DNA of 64,000 nucleotides from Nitrospirota bacterium (GTDB lineage Bacteria; Nitrospirota; UBA9217): NCBI GenBank assembly GCA_963663225.1, contig OY760142.1, positions 64,001 to 128,000 of the forward strand, read 5' to 3'. Shown piece by piece: positions 59,741 to 64,000 of this stretch (position 1 is its first letter; each line of letters starts with the position of its first letter). The notes under the pieces were generated by a model. It saw only the letters and a program-made list of their open reading frames with translations, ran no database searches and was not told where the DNA came from. The position numbers and the translations under genes were made by a program.

Positions 59741-60514
59741 TTAAAAATTATGTTCGTATGTGATGTGCAGGCCGGAACCGCTTTTCTTGATATCAACGTC
59801 CACATCAAATGCCTGCTGTATCCGTTCGCGGGTCAAGACGCTCCCGGGATCTCCGGCGCTGATGATGCTTCCTTCCTTGATCAGCATGACTTTTTTGAAC
59901 TGGAGTGCCATATTGATGTCATGGAGCGCCATTACGATGGAAATATGCTGCCTCTCGCAGAGGCTTTTCAGCAATTTCACCAGCTCAATCTGGTACTTGA
60001 TATCCAGGTTCGCGAGCGGTTCGTCGAGCAGCAGCAGTCCGGCACCCTGCACGAGCGTCATGGCAATAAACGTCCGTCTCCGTTCGCCGCCGCTCAAGTC
60101 AATGAGCCGCGACCCGGCCTTCTCACGTAGCCCGACCATGTCAAGAGCCTCATCAATGTCCATGACCGGCGGAATATCGTACGGATAGAGCCCCATGCTT
60201 ACCAGGTCACGGACCGTAAACGGCACGCTGATATCGAGCGCCTGCGGAAGATAGCTGATCAGCTTTGCCCGGTCCCGCCCCTTCTCCCGCAGAAGATCGT
60301 TGCCCCAGAGGGCAATGCTGCCTGACGACGGCCGCAAAAGCCCGCTTGCCAGCTTCAGGATCGTGGACTTGCCCGACCCGTTCGCGCCAAGTAAACCGAT
60401 GAAATCTCCCTCGCCTATGGAAAAAGACAGGTCGCGGATAAGGAGTTTGTCTTTCTCATAGGAAAAGCAGACGTTTTTAAGATCCAGAATATGCACGTCA
60501 GAGGTTGAGGACAT
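59741..60514 (-). CDS. Cobalamin ABC transporter ATPase (BtuD-like)
   Basis: GANGSGKST, LSGGERRR, LLDEP, ALHDIN. Confidence 0.9.
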   Translation of the reverse strand: MSSTSDVHILDLKNVCFSYEKDKLLIRDLSFSIGEGDFIGLLGANGSGKSTILKLASGLLRPSSGSIALWGNDLLREKGRDRAKLISYLPQALDISVPFTVRDLVSMGLYPYDIPPVMDIDEALDMVGLREKAGSRLIDLSGGERRRTFIAMTLVQGAGLLLLDEPLANLDIKYQIELVKLLKSLCERQHISIVMALHDINMALQFKKVMLIKEGSIISAGDPGSVLTRERIQQAFDVDVDIKKSGSGLHITYEHNF

Positions 60515-61463
60515 CTTTTCTCCTGAGAAGATACAAAAAATAAGGCGCGCCGATGATCGCCGTGACCATGCCTGCCGGAAGTTCCGCAGGCGGCAAGACA
60601 GACCGGCTGGCCAGATCAGCGATGCACAGAAGGGCGCCGCCTCCCAGGGCGGACGCCGGGATCAGCGCGCGGCTGTCCGCGCCGAAGAAAAACCGCATGA
60701 TATGCGGCATCAAAAGACCGATAAAACCGATCATGCCGCCGAGCGACACGGACGCCGCTGTCAGAAGCCCTACCGAAGTAAACAGAATGAACCGCTCGCG
60801 CTGGGGTGCAAAACCGAGGCTATGGGCCAGTTCATCTCCGAGCATGAGCGCATTAAGAGCCTTTGCCCTGCAAAGGGAAATGGCCACGCCGGCAAATACC
60901 AGCACGACTCCGTACGGTATTCGCTGCCAGTCCGACATGGACAGGTCCCCGAATATCCAGAGCATTGCCCGCCGCAATCCTTCATCAGTCGATAAACTCA
61001 TCAAAAGCATCAACAGCGCGGAAAACAAGAAGCTCAGGCCCACGCCGGCAAGCAGCAATCGCTCAGGCCAAAAACCGCCCCGCTTAAGCCCCATGACGCC
61101 CACAATCCCTCCCGTGATGATTGCACCAGAAAAAGCGAGCACAGGCACGGTAAAGCTGCCGAGGAACGACAATCCGCCGATAATGCCGAGGGCCGCCAAG
61201 AGCGATGCACCGCTGGATATTCCCAGAATGTACGGATCAGCCAGGGGATTCCTTAAAATACCCTGCAGCACCGCACCGGACGCGCCTAAAGCCATACCCA
61301 TGAGAAACGCAACCAGAACGCGCGGCAGCCGGATGTCCATCAGTATCTCCTGGTCCACATCGCTGAGCGCACCGGGCAGAATCATGTTCGGCCCCAGAAA
61401 GAGCGCACAGCAAAAAACAATCAGCACAAGAACAGCTAAAAACGTCATTTTTACTTGAGGCAT
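60498..61463 (-). CDS. Cobalamin ABC transporter permease (BtuC/FecCD)
   Basis: IRLPR, RNPLADPYILGISSGA, GFIGL.PH, ELPAG. Confidence 0.92.
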   Translation of the reverse strand: MPQVKMTFLAVLVLIVFCCALFLGPNMILPGALSDVDQEILMDIRLPRVLVAFLMGMALGASGAVLQGILRNPLADPYILGISSGASLLAALGIIGGLSFLGSFTVPVLAFSGAIITGGIVGVMGLKRGGFWPERLLLAGVGLSFLFSALLMLLMSLSTDEGLRRAMLWIFGDLSMSDWQRIPYGVVLVFAGVAISLCRAKALNALMLGDELAHSLGFAPQRERFILFTSVGLLTAASVSLGGMIGFIGLLMPHIMRFFFGADSRALIPASALGGGALLCIADLASRSVLPPAELPAGMVTAIIGAPYFLYLLRRKDVLNL

Positions 61464-62302
61464 GCCGAAAGCTCCTTAATTCCCGGAACAATCCGCGGAC
61501 CAAGGCGGTACAGATTGTCCCCGACATAGCACACGGCGCCGTTTTTGACCGCGGGTGTAGATGCCATCCGGGCAAGCACTCCGCGCGACACCGCGCGCAT
61601 GTCCATCCCCGATCCTTTGCCGATCACGATCTTGTCAGGGGGATGCCGGACCACTTCCTCGAGAGAGTATTTCGGATAGGCGCTCTTCGCTTTTCCCGCA
61701 ATGTTCTCGTACTCTAGGAGATTAATGACATCATTCATCGCGGTACGGGGGCCCGCAACAATAAGCGGTTCAGGCCAGACGATGAAAAGCACCCTTCCCT
61801 TCCTCTTATTATTGCCGCCTTCGAAAGCGTCTTCTCGTCCCAGCGCTCCTTCGATTTCACGTGCAAGCGCTTCCGCCCTTTCCGGCACCCCGAGCACCGT
61901 GCCGAGCTGTCTGATCCCCTGCGGAAGCTCGGAAATCCTGCGCGCCGTGAATACCACAATCGGAACACGCAATGATCGAAGCCTTTCCGCAAACTCCCGG
62001 GGATTGCCGTCTGTGGTCATGACTACCACATCCGGCTTGAGCGACACGACAGCCTCAAGCGACGGATTGGACATGCCCCCGATCCGGGGTTTTTTCTTGA
62101 CCGCCTCCGGATAGTCGCAAAAACTCGTGACCCCCACGATGTCCTTCTCCAGACCTAATGCAAACAAAATCTCCGTCACGTTCGGCGCAAGGGAGATGAT
62201 CCGTTTCGGGGGAACGGCAGTTTCCGCGCCGGAAAGACCCGGACAGGCCGTCGAAACCGCAATAAAAAGAATGAGAGTATATTTTTTAATTGTGCTCATC
62301 AC
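61451..62302 (-). CDS. Cobalamin-binding periplasmic protein (BtuF-like)
   Basis: RIISLAPNVTEILFALG, GVT.FCDYP, RLGPR. Confidence 0.9.
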   Translation of the reverse strand: MMSTIKKYTLILFIAVSTACPGLSGAETAVPPKRIISLAPNVTEILFALGLEKDIVGVTSFCDYPEAVKKKPRIGGMSNPSLEAVVSLKPDVVVMTTDGNPREFAERLRSLRVPIVVFTARRISELPQGIRQLGTVLGVPERAEALAREIEGALGREDAFEGGNNKRKGRVLFIVWPEPLIVAGPRTAMNDVINLLEYENIAGKAKSAYPKYSLEEVVRHPPDKIVIGKGSGMDMRAVSRGVLARMASTPAVKNGAVCYVGDNLYRLGPRIVPGIKELSACLK

Positions 62303-62331
62303 GGACTAGAACAGAACGCCTGCTTCCGCTC

Positions 62332-62371
62332 AAAATAAAAATCCCCAGTCTTCTCGAAAAGACTGGGGATT
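62332..62371 (-). terminator. Intrinsic terminator (riboswitch expression platform)
   Basis: Minus-strand stem AATCCCCAGTCTT/AAGACTGGGGATT followed by a T-rich run, between aptamer and btuF. Confidence 0.85.
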
Positions 62372-62422
62372 AATACGGAATATTAACCCACACATGGTCT
62401 TAACGCCGAAGACTGTGCGAGA

Positions 62423-62586
62423 ACATACAGGCAGGTTTTCTGGCTCTCCCTCCCTGCCTGCCTTCCCAGCCCCATAGGGCCAGTGGCGTTTGTCCGGCAG
62501 AGAATTATGGCTTCGCTCTACGCAAAGCCGGGATCACAGCGGCGGGTCCGCTCCCGATTCTCACGGGATTCCCTTCTCCTGTGTGT
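62423..62586 (-). ncRNA. Cobalamin riboswitch
   Basis: AGGGAA-TCCCGTGAGAATCGGGA-GCGGACCCGCCGCTGT...GCCACTG...GGGAAGG...AGCCAGAAAACCTG; P1 ACACACAGG/CCTGTATGT. Confidence 0.93.
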
Positions 62587-62603
62587 GGTCGTTTGTTTTT
62601 TAT

Positions 62604-62633
62604 CTTATAGCACAAAGTAAACACTAATGTCAA
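62604..62633 (-). promoter_or_regulatory. Sigma70 promoter of the btu operon
   Basis: TTGACA-18 nt-TATAAG just upstream of the riboswitch. Confidence 0.55.
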
Positions 62634-62670
62634 AATTTTTTCCAGTTTCTTGCAATTTTACGCTTTAGTT

Positions 62671-62699
62671 TTGCTTGTTTTTTATCTCTATGGTATAAT
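62671..62699 (+). promoter_or_regulatory. Sigma70 promoter of prfB
   Basis: TTGCTT-17 nt-TATAAT with extended -10 TG. Confidence 0.65.
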
Positions 62700-62730
62700 T
62701 CGTCAGTTTATAATTCATGAGGAGACGGGA

Positions 62731-63865
62731 ATGCTCTTAGAAGATCTGCAACAGCAATTGCAAAACATCAAAGGCAGGCTTGAAGTCCTGCGGAGGCATC
62801 TTTGACACTCCTGCCAAGGAGTCCCGTTTAGCTGAACTTACCCGCCTTACGGAAACATCCGGTTTCTGGAATAATTCAGACAAGGCAAATTCCATTTTAA
62901 AAGAGAAAGCGCCCTTGGAACGGTCACTCAAAGACTGGACTGCGCTTTCGAACCGTCTGAGTGACCTCGAAGCTATGGCCGAGCTTGCTTCGGAAGAGGG
63001 CGGCGAATCCATGCACGCGGAATTAGAATTAGGAATAACTGCGATCCTCAAAGATATCGCATCCTCTGAAGTGGCGGCCCTGCTTTCGGGCGAGCAGGAC
63101 GCGTCGAACGCCATCGTTTCGATCCATCCCGGAGCGGGCGGCACCGAGGCACAGGATTGGGCAGAGATGCTGATGCGGATGTATCTGCGCTGGGCCGAGA
63201 AACGCGGCTACAAAACCGAGATCCTCGATTATCAGAGCGGTGAGGAAGCAGGGGTCAAATCTGTAACATTCACGGCTTCCGGAGATTACGCGTATGGCAG
63301 GCTGAAAGCAGAGGCCGGTGTGCACCGTCTTGTCAGGATATCTCCTTTTGATGCAAATAAACGCAGACACACGTCCTTTGCCTCCGTCTTTGTTTATCCG
63401 GAAGTCGAGGATGACATCGATATTACGATCGATGAAAAAGAACTCCGCATAGACACATACCGCGCATCAAGCGCCGGCGGCCAGCATGTGAACAAAACCG
63501 ACTCGGCCGTGCGAATCACGCACCTTCCCACCAACATCGTGGTGCAATGCCAGAACGAACGGTCCCAGCTCAAGAACAAAAACGTCGCCATGAAGGTCCT
63601 CCGTTCACGGTTGTATGAATTGCGGAAAAAAGAACAGGAAGAGAAGCTCGGCAAACTGGTGAGCGAAAAGAAGGATATCGCATGGGGAAGCCAGATCCGG
63701 TCGTACGTGTTCCAGCCGTATCAAATGGTGAAAGACCACCGGACTGGAACTGAAACGGGCAACGTAACCGCTGTCATGGACGGAGAACTCGATCAGTTTA
63801 TCGAGGCATATCTGATCGCGGGGAATCAACCTGCGGACAAGGGACAGAACTCGGTTGAAAATTAA
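62731..63865 (+). CDS. prfB: Peptide chain release factor 2 (programmed +1 frameshift)
   Basis: ATG 62731 MLLEDLQ...RRHL then GGAGG-cat-CTT TGA C at 62792-62806; +1 frame has SPF and GGQ. Confidence 0.97.
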
Positions 63866-63906
63866 TTACGATCGCCATAATCTACGCTGCGTAATTTACA
63901 CGTTGT

Positions 63907-64000
63907 CTAAATCCCCATCATCTGCGGCGACCGCGCATCAATGAATTTTTTGACTCCCTGATACAGCGATTCGGCAATTCTCTGGCGGTGCGCCTCAGTT
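63907..64000 (-). CDS. C-terminal fragment, possibly N-acetylmuramoyl-L-alanine amidase
   Basis: Hand translation ...TEAHRQRIAESLYQGVKKFIDARSPQMMGI*, resembling the last helix of Amidase_3. Confidence 0.45.
   Translation of the reverse strand, partial: TEAHRQRIAESLYQGVKKFIDARSPQMMGI

Noticed and set aside
60553-61458. Long antisense ORFs (e.g. 60553..61458, 31781..32668, 51298..52227, 53538..54302)
   Set aside because: Shadows of well-supported genes on the opposite strand, with no motifs of their own.
62780-62803. ORF-track start of prfB (MKSCGGIF)
   Set aside because: Artefact of the +1 frameshift; the real start is at 62731.
1-64000. tRNA, rRNA, CRISPR arrays, transposases, integrases, prophage
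   Set aside because: None recognised by eye; tRNAscan-SE and Infernal would be needed to exclude small RNAs fully.

Overview
A 64-kb stretch of bacterial chromosome, mostly coded on the minus strand. Gene order and protein style suggest an anaerobic Nitrospirota or deltaproteobacterium-like organism (inference, not searched). Housekeeping blocks: mutL-miaA-hfq-mtnP-pfkB, lepA-lepB-yicC-remA-gmk-rpoZ-coaBC, hyp hydrogenase-maturation genes, metK-ahcY with an SAH riboswitch, a btuFCD-btuB-tonB operon with two cobalamin riboswitches, and prfB with its +1 frameshift. Accessory content: a TetR-controlled TolC/HlyD/ABC efflux operon, an FRG protein, a rubredoxin-ferredoxin-kinase cluster and a radical SAM-archease-RtcB locus. 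The standout is 20895..23519, a predicted exported membrane protein with three complete tandem Hint (intein-like) domains. They are separated only by KG/KGGG linkers, sit inside a Gly-rich N-terminus ahead of a TM helix and two Tim44-like domains, and are co-oriented with a DUF350-like gene. Other notable items: a HypC-HypA fusion with an internal RBS, a rubredoxin missed by the ORF track, a duplicated cis-element in an AT-rich island and a small dispersed repeat family. I saw no rRNA, tRNA, CRISPR array or transposase.
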